Assembly: GCA_052327205.1 (NCBI GenBank)
Contig: CM126224.1
Coordinates: forward strand, 29,760,001 to 29,824,000
Source of the DNA: Somniosus microcephalus
Taxonomy: Eukaryota
Reading direction: 5' to 3'
DNA length: 64,000 bases
Under the pieces are notes generated by a model. The model did not search any database, was not told the origin of the DNA, and was given only the letters and a program-made list of their open reading frames with translations. A program made the translations under genes and the position numbers. Positions 13,328-27,830 of this stretch are shown here, piece by piece. Every line of letters begins with the position of its first letter. Position 1 is the first letter of the stretch.

Positions 13328-13484
13328 CAACGTTCCCACAAAGCTGCGTGGCCACGCAGCAGTCCGGAGGTCCCACACAGGCCGCTCGTCGGCTTTTCAA
13401 TGCAGAAACCGTGCATGCGCGAAAATTTGAATGGGCTGCGCAGCCCGTTAAAGGGACCGCGCACCAAAAAAAAAGTGAACATTG
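13328..13484. mobile_element. Short hAT-like MITE
   Basis: Imperfect TIRs caacgttccc / gtgaacattg; degenerate 8-bp TSD gaaaggcg vs gtaaggag (6/8); GC-rich interior. Confidence 0.55.
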
Positions 13485-15386
13485 GTAAGGAGTGGCTGCA
13501 AGATCCTCAGAACCACAAGAGGCAAACATGCAAGGACCACCTGAGTCCCCAAACAAACACTTGGTTACTAGAGGTCACCTTGGAAATTGACAGAACTTTT
13601 AGTTCATTATTCAAAAATGAGAGTTCCCTGAAATTCAAAATGCGTGTTCGGTCCAGTTTTTCAATTTTAATCAACTCCTGGAAGCTGCTTTTTGATTATG
13701 GTTGTGTCATGGAATAATTAATCATTTAATAGCCAAATACCTCCTATTTTAAACAGGCAAAGGATCCATTATGGTGTGCCTATTATATGCTTAGCCTTGG
13801 CAGGACCACTTCTCCTAAGTGGTGTATTGGCACGAGAACCAAAAAGTCTATTACACAATTATGCAACTGAAGTGGTATCTAAAGACCAGTAAAAAGGTTA
13901 GGCAGTTGGAGTCGAGAAAGGAATGGGTTTGATTATGCTACTTTGTGTCCTAGATCACATTAGGATTCAGAATAATCCTCAATCTCAGAAAGTTGAACAA
14001 CTAGTCAATAAATACTCAATGATCATCCTACTCACCATCTTTTAGGCAGTGCGCCTTTGCTCACTACCAATCTTAAGGTGACCTACTTTAACAGTCAGGG
14101 AATGGCATGGAAGGTTTTCAAGTGGCACTTAAGTACATCCAATTCTAGTTACTGTCCTTTAGACTCAACTCTGCACCCAATATCTTCAAGTATATATTTT
14201 TTGTAATGGATGACTAGGTTGTTTAGTTAAACTCCCTTTAAACACAACTTGTATTACTTATCTCAATTTACATTCTGATTTTTCAGAACAAGCTTTTGTT
14301 CCACTATTATTCTGGAGTCACTTGAAACAGTTTCAAAAACATGTAGGTCTGTTCTAACTTTTTAGATCAAAATATACAATGCACTGCTTAAATAACCGGG
14401 TCAAATCTATTCATGGACTGAGTAAAACAAACAACTTGTGTGGAAAATTTTTCACTACACTGAAAACAGTTCACTGACAACCCATTTAAATATAGCTTTT
14501 AGGAGCTATGAGTTTACAGAAGATAATGTGGAGATACAACTATTACAAGGCAACAGAAACTTGAATTAATATCCATGTTACTTAATCTACTGACTGTACT
14601 TGCCTATTTTTCATTAAAAGCATCCTCTTTTAAGCAGCATTTTGAATGCAGGCTCCATGGAGACAATAACCATGGAAAACTGATCCACTTATAGTGCATG
14701 TGAAATCTAATAACAATTATGGTATGATAATGCCAAGGAAAACGTATCCATCAGCAACTGGCTTGCTTTCTAAGGGTAAAATTAGATACAGAAATGACCA
14801 TCATTAATACTAAGCCTCATGCTAATTACCTATATTTTTAGCAAAATACTTCAGTGGTTTAAAGGTTAATCAAACTAGAAAGGGGGAAATTTTCCAAACT
14901 ACCTAACACTGAATGTATCTGTCCATATTTTTTTAAATTATAAACAGAAATGACACTATATCCTTCAGAGATTAGAACAGAGCGAGACAATACTCTCCTT
15001 TTCTATTCTCTTCTTCCTCTCCCAGCCTCTTTTTATATTGCACTATTCTGTGAGCAAAAAAAATGGGACAACAACTGCTTCCCAAGTTTCCTTCACTACT
15101 GTTCTCAAGCATGTGGTAGTAGTCTGGGTTTACTTGGTTTCCATCATTACTCTACAATACTAGATCTACCAACTTTGACCTTTTTAAAAAAAAATCACAT
15201 CGGTTCTGATGAACTTAGTTCCACGTTGCTCTGAATTTATTCTGATGACACGAAACCAAAAATTATACACTTTCGATGTGAAATAAATGCTGTAGCAATT
15301 CAGGTTCTCCCAACAAGCCTACTAAACATCAGTAGTGCAACCGGTAATTTCTTCACATGATGTGTAGTAATATTCGTTTTTCTTAC

Positions 15387-15512
15387 CTGCATCAGTCTTT
15401 CCAGCTGATAGAACTTGCAATGCAAATCTTCAAAATTTTGTTTAAAAAGTTCCCTGAGTCCATAATCAAACATGATTTTGACCAGAACACTAAAAGCCTG
15501 CTCTTCAGGCAT
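15387..15512 (-). CDS. RABGAP1: RABGAP1 TBC-domain exon: MPEEQAFSVLVKIMFDYGLRELFKQNFEDLHCKFYQLERLMQ
   Basis: 126 bp, cag/gtaaga, phase 0-0; visible in ORF 15300..15524. Confidence 0.96.
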
Positions 15513-15660
15513 CTGAAATGACACAAATTGAAACTAGATTAGAAAAAAAAGTCAGTCAGTCATTCACTTATAACCATTAATTTCTTTGCAAAGTACTATG
15601 AACTGCTCAAAAAGTGAGAAAACAACAAACATGATAGTCTCCATTATCAACAGCAAATAA

Positions 15661-15899
15661 TGTAACGCCGCTTGAGTGTTCTTTGTCATGTACAAGAAAA
15701 CTACTAAAATGTGTGACGTAAGAAAACTACTAGGCACTTGGTCTAAGCGTTAAACAAAGCTTTAATCAACTGTTTTACAACATGGAGGTCTAGTTGTGTC
15801 CTTCACTAGTTCCTGTTAAGAATGTCCTGCACAAGCTGGGCCCGTGCATTTATACTCTCCCTGGACAGCGCCACCCGTAGGCCGCTCAGTATTATTTCA
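15661..15899 (-). mobile_element. Probable solo LTR
   Basis: Minus strand reads TG...CA (tgaaat...cgttaca) with TATAAA (15849-15854) followed by ATTAAA (15761-15766); no clean TSD. Confidence 0.5.
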
Positions 15900-17710
15900 T
15901 AAGTCTTTTTTTCACGAATGACTGATTCATGTCAATGTGCTTAGTGTTTCCCAGCCCAACCCTTCCCTCTCAGTGGATTAGTATACTGTATTGGGCCAAG
16001 TTGTTTCTTTAACTACTGCTAAGGTTCTCGCCTGCCATCAAATTCAAAAGACTTGGCTCTAGTACCAGAGGCTCCAGACACCAACTCCTTCAATTTAGCT
16101 CAATAGGAACATGGCTATTTGCTTGATACGCCTAATAATTCAACTTACTCAATTACAGTCTGGATGGAAAATGTATCTGGTCGAACCAAGAATCAAGTTC
16201 AGCAAAACTTGCTGCACAACCAACTTAAGAGTTCATACTTTTGAGTCTTCTCTGATGGCTTATCAAGTAAATGCATCGTGGAGTATGGAACTGAGCCATG
16301 TTCCATGTTCAATTCTTTGTGCTGTAAAATGGTTGATTTTAGCTAGGGGAAGCAGTGGTGACAATACAGCTGGCCTGCTGAAGTGAGATTTGGTGCCTTC
16401 TGCAAGGGAGGGGAGGAGAAGAGAAACTCAGATGGGGATTCTCCACAGGCCTCCCTTTGCTGCACTTCACGGCAGACAGCCAAGAGCACACTGCCAATGG
16501 CTAGGGAGCAGGCCACCCACTTCATCCCGTCAGGCAATGGGAATTTCTGGTGGGAAAGGTGAAGGAAAAAGAATAACAAAGAGAACAATGTGGGAAAGAT
16601 CTAACATATCTGCTGTCAAAATAAAAGGAAGATATATCAAAATGGAAGCATATGCGAAATGAAGGCTAAAATCTCTCAGGGATCAGATGGTAAGCATACA
16701 TGGATTCAAGCTATGCTTTTGCTGTTAACGTCTATATCTGAACTCTTCAATTAATGATTGCTTTGAAATCACTAAGTATCCTTTAGTCTCTCTATTATAT
16801 GTAGTAAGAGAAGCACTAGACAGCACAATGTTTGAATTAATTTATTTTTATAAATTGCTTGAGCTCTGTTCTTGTAGATTTTGATAGCACGGCATTACTG
16901 CCCTTCAGCTCTTGGCTACCTAGCTGTTAAATAGGATAAATGTGCACACGTATATGGAATAGAATATTAGACCTGCACCGATCGCTGGAGTTTAAACTTC
17001 AGGCAGATATTCAGTAAAGTAATCTGCTGCCAATAAATTCCTAAAGTGGGAAAAAAAAGTTCTACAGCAATTGCCAAGTTATCCAAGTAGTATTTTAAAT
17101 CTAATACAAAGAATCTTCTTGCTACATTACCATCTTTAAAAAGAAAGGAAGCGTAACTATAAAAACCGTTCTTAAACAGATCTGTGAAAACAAAGGGTTT
17201 CTGTAAATCTTAAAATTCCAGATTAAACAAATTATTTTTCAGTTGCACAGAACTACATCATTGCGGCACAGAACTGTCAAACAAGGTCTTCTGGTTAAGA
17301 ACTGCTTCTCTGGGGAAATAATCTGCTTTATGGCAACATGCAGAACTCAAACATTTTAAAATGAGTGCTCAGCAAACTCCCCTTTAAATGTTAAGCCATT
17401 TAAAGTGACTACTATCGTTAATGAATTCACAAATTGCTTGTTAAACCATCATCCTAATTTCAACCTAACTTTCCTTTATTACAAGATTGCACACAAATAT
17501 GAAGCATTATAAAAAGGTTTGATGTTATATTCTATTAACAAATGTTTAGCAACATTTATCACAATTTTAGCAGAACTGAGAAACTTTCATGCAATACAAA
17601 ATATTTCCATAAGATGGCACTCTATACTGAACCATTTCAAGTTACTATTATGGACACTGGTTATTTAAAGTACAGTAAAAGCTCCCCCACAAAATAATGC
17701 ATATACTCAC

Positions 17711-17785
17711 ATGCAAGAGAAGCACAGCAGCAAGAAAGGACTGGCCTTGACAGTAACCAATCTCTTCATCATAAACAGAATAGGC
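17711..17785 (-). CDS. RABGAP1: RABGAP1 TBC-domain exon (Gln finger): [25 protein letters not shown]
   Basis: 75 bp, cag/gtgagt, phase 0-0; YxQ catalytic motif (YCQG). Confidence 0.96.
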
Positions 17786-20462
17786 CTGAATAAAAATGCA
17801 ATTCAACTTTTGAGTATTCTGTGACATTTATGATACAAGATCCACACAAACCAAAATTAATTTTGTGGTCTCAGAAGTGTTAGAAAACTCTATTATGGAT
17901 GAGATGCTGTATCAAATTTAGGAAAATTTACCAATACTTAACACCTTTCTGCTTATAGGTCTGGTATATATGATTTAAGAAAAATAAAGTTTTTTTTTAC
18001 ATAAAAATGTCAAAAAACTGTCCATTTTAACCTTTAGACAGCAGCTTTATGAAATGCCAGTTTCTCTGTGCAAGCCATTTAAAAAACATACCCGTTCACA
18101 CTCAAAGTTTTGACAAACACTAATATTACAGTAATAAAAGCTATTCAAACACCAGGAGTCGCTTCCTTACTGCAATATTAACTATACCACTAAATTATTT
18201 TAAGTTAACAAAATTGATTCTACTTCCCTATTTATTTTTTTTCTTTTTAAGTTTCCTTGTACTTTATTAGTAACTAATATAAACTGTTCTACACCTTATT
18301 CACCCTGATTTTAATTTTCATCTGCCTCTTATACCCATTGCGTGAGTGGGGCGCACATTATAAAAACTCACTTTTGATAGGCCAAATACTGCCTCCAAAG
18401 TCAGCCAATAAACTGTCAAAAGGCTGAATTACATGGCTGCCAGTCAATTTCTGATCCATTATAAAGCATCAAATGAACAACTTTTTCAGTTGCCAGAAGT
18501 CCAATCATAATAACTCATCTTGGGGATTTAAAAAAAGGATTAACTTGAACTTATTGAGTTGAACCGCATACATTATAAACTTCCACTGAAGTAAGTCTGG
18601 AGAGGAAGGAGGAGGATTCTTGGGCTTAGGGCTCCAATTTACAAAAATAAAGCTCAAAGAACTGAACTGGTTTTTATCGGAGGGAAAGAAACGAGAAGAC
18701 ATGATCTAGATCTGTGCCCTCGAACATTCCTTATTTGTCTCTGGAGCTTTTCCAATATATCGGCATGCTCAAAATTGCACACAAAATGCCAAATATGGCC
18801 TCACCACTGATCTATACAGTGCTTAAATATCTCTCTACGACACTGGAATGATTTAGCCTAGTTGACCAGATGCTTTTAGTGAATGGGCAACAATCACACC
18901 TAAATCCCTTTGTGCCCTGAATTAGGGAAGGCATCTGATCAAGGATGAGTAACATTGGATGCAAGATCACAGACACTCTGGCGTTCTACTCTATTAACCT
19001 TCGTGAAGACTGGGGAGTCTTTGCAGAGCCTTTCTTTGAGAGTTAAAACAGATTGGGTAGAGAGAATTGTAGCTGGGCTGTGGAAAGAATGCATTTCCCT
19101 CATGTTGTTCCCGAAGGAAAACATTTTAAATTAATACAATTTCAATTCTGGCTTTGAGGATTCCTGGGTCAAACATTTTAATTTAATTGAGAATTAATGA
19201 TGGGATGTTCAGCGATTCTTTACATTTCCTCTACTAAGAGAAATTTTTAATTCATTTTGCTTAATGTTATGCAACATAAATATGCAGGCTTTTAAAGCAG
19301 CAAAGGAAATTTGCTATACTACGCAAATTCAGTATTTAAATGAATAATGTGTAGATATTTCAAAGGGGCAGCTACTAGAATAGATTACTGACTTTTGGAG
19401 ATATCACATCCCAGCTTGCCCATTTATGATTAGCAACAATATCTATGAACAGACAGGAGATAAGGAAACAAAGAAAGGTGAATAATTATTTTTCATTAAT
19501 ATTTTAATTCGTCTGATTGTCTTAATTCCATTTCCTGCTGTTATATATTCCGGGTTCCAATCCAATAATTAATATTTATTCAGCTATGCTATGTTATCCC
19601 TGCAGGCTTTGTAACTAATTGCTACAGTTTATAAAGTAGCAGGAATCTGCCACGCCAGGCTTTAAGTGTACCTATTTAATGCTGCCATAGCATTCTGGCA
19701 TTCCAAGACTACAGTATCAACACTGTGGTTCTAAACGCTAATAATACTTTTGCAAATTCTGGCATTTAAAAATGATTGTACACAGTCAAAAAATTAGCCA
19801 CTTTTTTGTACCAAATAGAATATATTCCCCATTGCACTAAAGCGTCTTAGATTGAAAGCAAAATCATAACTAGATGCAGTATCTATGAACTGTGACCAAG
19901 GAGTCGGTGTACTAATAAGGCAACTTGCTCTCAAAACTAAAACTAATATTGACATAACTTGAATACAATAAACCACTTCTTTCGTAATAGCCTTGGAGAA
20001 AATTGAACTCGAGAGCAATATTATTTGAGGTAGTCTTTTCTTTATTCTATTATAATATGCTTCGAATCCATTAAGTTGGTTTACTAAATTACATGTGTGT
20101 ATTGCATCGCATTGTTTCTTTCTGATTAGATGGGTTCTGCACCGCTGACCTTAATGAGAATTCAGCAAATATATTAATTGTGCAAAGGAATCTGTTCCAA
20201 TTAAGTTACCCCAAGGAAATAGCCATGCTATGACGCACAATTTACACACACACTTTGAAACTGCAGTAGCAATTTCAATGCTTCACTAAATCTGATAAAT
20301 ATCTAGGGTCTCTTCAGAAAAATCTTCAGCTACAGTCTTGTACACATCAGGAAGATATAACTATGTGGGAACATAGGAATTGCTAGACGATAAAAGCCCA
20401 CAGTTTATCTAGTTCGCCTTCTTCTACCATCCTGGTAGTCGCATGCTACAACGATAATGGAG

Positions 20463-22460
20463 TTTTTAAAAATTCGTTTATGGGATCAGGGCGTCGCTGG
20501 CAATGCCAGCATTTATTGCCCATCCCTAGTTGCCCTTGAGAAGGTGGTGGTGAGCCGCCTTCTTGAACCGCTGCAGTCCGTGTGGTGATAGTACTCCCAC
20601 AGTGCTGTTAGGTAGAGTGTTCCAGGATTTTGACCCAGTGACGATAAAGGATCAGCGATATACTTCTAATTCAGGACAGTGTGTGACTTGGAGGGGAACT
20701 TGGAGGTGGTGGTGTTCCCATACGCCTGCTGCCCTTGTCCTTCTCGGTGGAAGAGGTTGTGGGTTTGGGAGGTGCTGCCGAAGAAGCTTTGGCGAATTGC
20801 TGCAGTGCATCTTGTAGACGGTACACACTGCAGCCATGGTACGCCAGTGGTGGAGGGAGTGAATGTTTAAGATGGTGGATGGGGTGCCAATCAAGCGGGC
20901 TGCTTTGTCCCGGATGGTGTCGAGCTTCTCGAATGTTGTTGGAGCTGCACTCATCCAGGTAAGTGGAGAGTAGGCCATCACACTCCTGACTTGTGCCTTG
21001 TAGATGGTGGAAAGGCTTTGGGAAGTCAGGAGGTGAGACACTCGCCGCAGAATACCTAGCCTCTGACCTGCTCTTGTTGCCACAGTATTTATGTGGCTGG
21101 TCCAGTTAAGTTTCTGGTCAATGGTGACCCCCAGGATGTTGATAGTGGGGGATTCGGCGATGGTAATGCTATTGAATATCATGGGGAGGTGGTTAGACTC
21201 TCGCTTGTTGGAGATAGTCATTGCCTGGCACTTCTGTGGCACGAATGTTACCTGCCACTTATCAGCCCAAGCCTGAACGTCGTCCAGATCTTGTTGCATG
21301 TGGGCATGGACTGCTTCATTATCTGTGAAGTTGCGAATGGCGCTGAACACTGTGCAGTCATCAGCGAACATCCTCATTTCTGACCTTATGTTGGAGGGAA
21401 GGTCATTGATGAAGCAGCTGGAGATGGTTGGGCCTAGGACACTGCCCTGAGAAACTCCTGCAGCGATGTCCTGGGGCTGTGATGATTGACCTTCAACCAC
21501 CACAACCATCTTCCTTTGTGCTAGGTATGACTCCAGCCAGTGGAGCGTTTTCCCCCTGATTCCCATTGACATCAGTTTTACTAGGGCTCCTTGATGCCAC
21601 ACTCGGTCAAATGCTGCATTGATGTCAAGGGCAATCACTCTCACCTCACCTCTGGAATTCAGGTCCTTTGTCCATGTTTGGACCAAGGCTGTAATGAGGT
21701 CGGGAGCCGAGTGGTCTTGGCGGAACCCAAACTGGGCATCAGTGAGCAGATTATTGGTGAGTAAGTCCCGCTTGATAGCACTGTCGATGACACCTTCCAT
21801 CACTTTGCTGATGATTGAGAGTAGACTGATGGGGCGGTAATTGGCCGGGTTGGATTTGTCCTGCTTTTTGTAGACAGGACATACCTGGGTGGTTTTCCAC
21901 ATTGTCAGATAGATGCCAGTGTTGTAGCTGTACTGGAACAGCTTGGCTAGAGGCACGGCTAGTTCTGGAGCACAAGTCTTCAGCACGATAGCCGGGATGT
22001 TGTCGGGGCCCATAGCCTTTGCTGTATCCAGTGCGCTCAGCCATTTCTTGATATCACGTGGAGTGAATCGAATTGGCTGAAGAATGGCTTCTGTGATGGT
22101 GGGCCAATATGGATCATCCACTCTGCACTTCTGGCTGAAGTTGGTTGCAAACGCTTCAGCCTTGTCTTTTGCACTCACGTGCTGGGCTCCACCATCATTG
22201 GGGATGGGGATATTCTTGGAGCCTCCTCCTCCCGTTAGTTGTTAATGGTCCACCACCATTCACGACTGGATGTGGCAGGACTGCAGAGCTTTGATCTGAT
22301 CCGTTGATTGTGGGATCGCTTAGTTCTGTCTATAGCATGGTGCTTCTGCTTTTTAGCTTGCATGTAGTCTTGTGTTGCAGCTTCCCCAGGTTGGCAGCTC
22401 ATTTTTAGGTACGCCTGGTGCTGCTCCTGGCATGCTCTTCTACACACGTCGTTGAACCAG
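20463..22460 (-). mobile_element. CR1-group LINE with a long open RT frame (ORF 20652..22178, 508 aa), 5'-truncated
   Basis: NYRPISLLS, QFGFR, AFDRVWH, QGSVLGP, FADD; AATAAA-containing 3' UTR. Confidence 0.93.
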
Positions 22461-22704
22461 AGTTGTTGAATAACCACAGCAATCAACCTCTTTGGACTAC
22501 AATAGACCCAGAAATTACATGAGGAAAACCCCAGTGGTGGAGAGCTTTGGGAACCACAAGTCAGGTTTTCCTCCTCCCATTCATGCTACACTTGCCACAT
22601 GTCATATGTCAAATTACTCATACTGTAATTCCTTTATTGCATGTTTATTGTCGCAAACTGTTAGATTTTGTCTGAACCGTTGTTCCGTCACAATATAGTG
22701 ACTA

Positions 22705-23080
22705 GTACTTTGGTAAAATGGTTATGGTACTGCACTAGCAATGTAGAGATCATTAATTAAAATCCCATCATGTCAAGTTATGAAAATGAATTCAATAAAT
22801 TGGTTGATTTGTGGGCTGGCACCGGGGAAAAAACAAAGCATGCAAGCTGCCAGATTGTCTCCAAAACCCAACAAATTCACTACTAATGCCCTTCAGAAAC
22901 CCGCAACCCCTGCCTAGTCTGGCTTTATACATCACTCACTATGTGGTTGACTCCTATTGTCCCCTGAAGTGCCCTAACAAGCCACTCAGTTGTATGAACA
23001 ACCACTTGAAAAAGGCCCAGCCCACCCAACCCTCTTCTCAAGAGCTGGACAATAAATGTGACCTTACCAGCATTGCCCAT
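22705..23080 (+). mobile_element. Old tRNA-derived SINE sharing its 3' tail with the 20463-22460 LINE
   Basis: Decayed tRNA-like head; tail tctcaag..caataaatg..ccagc..gccca matches the LINE 3' end. Confidence 0.55.
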
Positions 23081-24424
23081 AACTAGAGAACACATTTTAA
23101 AAAGATAGGTTACCCTTATACTACAGAAATTCAACTTCTCTCTTCCAATACTGTTATGCTAAAAAAAATGTTCTGGGTACACCGCTCCTTGTCAAATCAG
23201 TACCCCACCACACTTCCTGTCAGGTTCTCCAAAAATACAGATCCGATTGCACAGTCACAATATATCTGGTGTTTTCTTCACATCAATGTAACAGCTACAA
23301 ATTATACAACTGAAATGAACTCAGGTCAAATATTCACCATACAAGCTGAGCCAGTAATCTTGCACCAATTACTATTTCCTGTGAAGCAAGCTGCACATAT
23401 TGGCGTTCCAGTTTTATCTGAATCATCAAATGTCAGGAACCTGTAACCCAATCTGTGTGAGACAGCACTACTGTTTGCAGTACAGCAACACAAGTTGAAT
23501 GCAGTTATTTTCTAGTTCACAAGAATCTCTTGAAGATATTTGTATTTAAAATTAAATTAAATTAAATAGGACTTTTGATAGAACCTATTTTCTTTTAGCT
23601 AAAGTATCTAGCACGTTGATTTTGTTTCCAACTATTCACTTAAGACGACTTGAAATTTCACCTTTCCATTTTGGCTATTGTCTTAAATAGCATTTCATAA
23701 GTATCCCATTGTTGGGTCCCTAAGGAAGCAAAACTCAATTTCTTACAATTTAGTAACTTTGATCGCCTTTTTGTATCAGATCTACTCATATGATCCACTT
23801 TCACTCCTCTGCAGCCAAAGTAGCTTACCAGGATACAATGATGTCATTTGTGTTTAATTTTTTTTTTAAACAACTACTAAAAGCTCGTTAAACAAACAGA
23901 TGAAAGTGGAAGTCTATTTCTAATGTTAAGTACTTGAAATTTTAAGTGCTTACTCAGGAATGTGCTCCATTTAATTACTATTTAGAACAATTCATTCCTG
24001 AAAAAACTGTAATGACTTCTCCATAAAACCCAAATGTATCTACAATGGTGTTAAGAAGCCGAATAGACAGGCTTTGGTGTCTTCAGGCTAGTAGGATGCT
24101 ATACTTCCTGTTAATTGGTTTCAGTCAATTTAGCTCATTTCCTCAACGATTTAGAACCTTTTTGTGTGAACAAAATCTCACTATGGAGAAAATAAAATGC
24201 CACCAATCAATTTGGAAACACACTGAACACACACATCTCGATAGGAAGTGGACATGCCCCTGGGAGACTCCCTTTACCTACATCGCAACAGCATGTCCGC
24301 ATCACTTTGTCACTGCAGTTAAACTGATGGTACTGTTTTGACAGAAATGCAAAAGGAATCGCAATGAGTAAAGCTGCCCTGCTTGTACTGTTCTCTGGCC
24401 AGAAAAAAGGATGCCGATTATAAA

Positions 24425-25020
24425 AAAAAAATCATTCTTGGGATGTGGGTTGTTGGCAATGCTGGTATTTATTGTTCGTTACCTAGTTGCCCTTGAGAAG
24501 GCGGTGGTGGGCCTTCTTGAACGACTGCAGTTAAGTGTGGTGAAGGTGCTGTTAGGTAGGGAGTTCCAGGATTTTGACCCAGTGACAATAAAGGAAAAGT
24601 AATACATGTCCAAGTCAGGAGGAGTAACTTGGAGGGGAAATTGGAGGTGATGGTGCTCCCATGCAGATGCCGCCCATATCCTTCTGGGTGGTGAAGGTCG
24701 CAGGTTTGGGAGGTGCTTCTGAAGAAGCCATGGCGAGTTACTGCAGCACATTCTGTAGATAGTGCACACAGCAGTCACGGTACACCGGCAGTAGAGAGGG
24801 TGGATGTTAAGCTAGTGGGTGAAGTGACAATCAAGCAAGGTGCTTTGTCCTGGATGGTGTCGAGCTTCTTGAGTGTTGTTGCAGCTGCACCCATCCAGGC
24901 AAGTGGAGAGTATTCCATCACACTCCTGACTTATGCCTTGTAGGTGGTGGAGAGGCTTTAGGGAGTCAGGTGGCGAGGCACACGCCGCAGAATACACAGC
25001 CTCTGACTTTTCTACCAGCC
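24425..25020 (-). mobile_element. Older copy of the 20463-22460 LINE family (3' part)
   Basis: HHHLQFPLQVT peptide; collinear with 20463-21070. Confidence 0.88.
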
Positions 25021-26389
25021 ATGGCATGTGTGTCTGATTCAGTTGTGCATTTTAATACGTGGAGTTTTGTTCATCAGTGTATTAATGCTGGTGAAATTTT
25101 AGAACCTTAAAGAGAGATGATGAGACAGTCAGCGCTTTTCTCATTAGAAACTTAAAGGTGAGGTGGCTCAGCAGATCAGCTAAAGTTTTTTGAACCCTAT
25201 AATTAAGTTTAAAAAGTTTGATCGACTGGAAAGGGTTCAGAAAGGAGCAACAATAATCATTCACAAGAAAAACTCACATAACTGAAACTTGTTTTCATTC
25301 AAGAGAAAAATGTTGACAGATGTGCGACATGTCTTTGAAATAATGAGAGGCATGAATAATTTAGATGCAAGTGATACAGAAGACAAGTACAAAACTAACT
25401 AGCCTCAAGTGAGAATAGTGTTCATGCGACATTGATTAACCCCTTTAAAGTGAGCTGGGTAAGTGTCAATTTTGAAGGTTATAAAAGGTATAATAGGCAA
25501 TCTCATACTCTATGGAAAATGAAGCTGTGGGTTGCTGCTCGGACCATGGAATTAGTGCAATGTTGAATAATGTAGGTTGCAATATTGTAAATTATTTCAA
25601 AATGCTCCATGATCATTGTGGGGGGTCAGCGATGAATTTCAGACAACTGCATCTTTCAAGTTTTATCATTGGTTTCATAAGATTGAGAGAGAAAAGAAAG
25701 AAAAATCAGTAATAGAGCAAATTGTGCATGGTCTATGGAAGGAATATGCTTGGTGAGCTGAATAGTCTTCTATTGTTCCATATTGTCTTGTGTTTGACCA
25801 TTATCAGCACAACAAAAACTGTCAATCAGGAACTCTGGATTGTTAAGAAATTTAGAGAACTCAAGATTGTTGCTCTACCACCGATATGCTCTGGAGACCT
25901 CATCTAATTTACTGCTCCAGATGGCGCCATGGAATGCTGTTTTTTTGTTTTTGTTTGCTCTGAATATTTTAGCAACGTGCAAATAACTAGTGCAGTACTA
26001 GAAAAACCTCTTCCTGCAAAGACAAATGCAAAAAGCACTTGTACCAATCTTCCCAATTCATTGATGCAATTCCGTGCAGAGGGTTCAAGACTGAATGAGA
26101 CTCAAACGAAATACCTCATTTCCGCTTTACTCTGCACGAATGATTAATATGGGGAATAGGAGAGGAAGAGAAAACATGTCTCACTCAATCCTTCTACGAT
26201 AACCACACTTTCTTCAGTTACAACAGTATCTTAAAGTTCACTAGATTATTCAAGGCTCTTTTCTTGATATTCTATTTTGTTGGAATTAAATAGGTGTGGG
26301 GAAATGGACTGAATTTGCAACAGAATTAATATAAACGTATACATAAAAAACACCAAAAAAGCCACTGTAAAGTATTGGCAACACGATAC

Positions 26390-26503
26390 CTTGCATATCT
26401 TGTACAAGGAATCCTGACCATCTCCACCAGTGTCCTTAAAGTAATCATGCGCTGGGAAAGTTCGATTGATGTCCCTGGTGATTGCACTATCCTGGGGAGA
26501 TTC
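26390..26503 (-). CDS. RABGAP1: RABGAP1 TBC-domain exon (Arg finger): ESPQDSAITRDINRTFPAHDYFKDTGGDGQDSLYKICK
   Basis: 114 bp, cag/gtatcg, phase 0-0; IxxDxxR motif. The preceding exon was not found, so the upstream intron appears to extend past 64000. Confidence 0.96.
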
Positions 26504-27669
26504 CTGTTTCCAGAAAAAAAGTGTAAAAAGAAAAGGCTTAAAACATGGGATAAAACACACATCAGATCAGGACACACATTCAATTATTACTTATCGAAGT
26601 ACATAGGGTCTAAGCTCACAAATACTGACAGGGACAATGCAGGAGCAATTCTACTGCAACTCGCCACTGCACACTGTTCTTTCACCCCAGGATTTATTCT
26701 CTGAAGATCAATTCAATAAAAGTCTAGATTTTCTGTAGGTTGCTAATAGGTTTAAGTGGCATGAATTTACAAAGCGTCAAAGTGGTTTCCAGTGGTAACA
26801 ACTCCCGAGCATAAACCACCCATAATGCATTGTTATGCAGCCAATTTCACTAATGAGGTTATGCTGCTGCCAGCAGTACAGCTGTCTGGCACAGCATAAG
26901 TGCGACATTTAAAAAAAGGTGCTTCAGTCAAACCCACTGCATTATATTTACCCGGCAATCAGTTTTCCTTCAAAACTTTCAGCGCCACTGCATATGTGAG
27001 GGCACCCGTGTCTAAAATTGCAGTGGTGCTCCCTGCATCATACAAACCAAACCACTGTGTTGAGTTCATGTAGCTCCCTTAATCTCCATTACTGCACAAG
27101 TCTACATTTGTGTGTTGGCAGGGAGTTTGGACCTGCCCTGATAAATATGAATAAACTCAGGCGTCTATTTGTCAGTTATACTGGAGTCAACCCAACATGA
27201 ATGTGCACTCAGAATCTATTCAGAGCCTCTGACAAGCACTACAAATGTAGTGACTGGTTACCTTGTGAACTTGTTAAACACAAAGAAGAAACAATGACAT
27301 ATAGAAGTCATAAAATGTACAAAAAAACCATGGGATGGTATAAGCCTCATTCAAATTATTTGTTTGAGATGATGAGCTCAACTTTATGGAGAGCGGGAGC
27401 CAGGCCAGCAGGATATTGGAATAGTCCAGTCTGAGTCGACAGAGGCACGATGAGTGTCTCATCACCAGATGTACTGAGGTATGGGAAGCTGGTGATGTTC
27501 CAGAGGTGGAAGTCAGTGTTCTTTGCGATGAAGATTATGTGGGATCGGAAGATCAGATTGGTTTTAAAATACCATAAAATCTACAACACCAGACTAGTGA
27601 ATTTAATTCTGAAGATTCCAGTCTATTTTCTGTAATAGACAAGAGGTGTGAGAAAACAGCTTGCTAAAC

Positions 27670-27830
27670 TTAGGAAGTAATGTTAAGTTCGCATCGCTGG
27701 GAGAAAAACAGATGTTAGCGAATCGGCCGCCCGTTTTACACCTCGTCTGGCTTCAATGGAAAAGAAAAATCGGGCTGCTGATTCGCTGTCACCTGTTTTT
27801 TGCCTGATGATAAAAATCAAAATTACCCCT
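27670..27830. mobile_element. Palindromic (foldback) MITE-like element
   Basis: aaaaacagatgttagcgaatcggccgcccg pairs imperfectly with cgggctgctgattcgctgtcacctgttttt. Confidence 0.6.

Noticed and set aside
13280-13717. 145-aa ORF
   Set aside because: Runs through a GC-rich MITE; chance open frame
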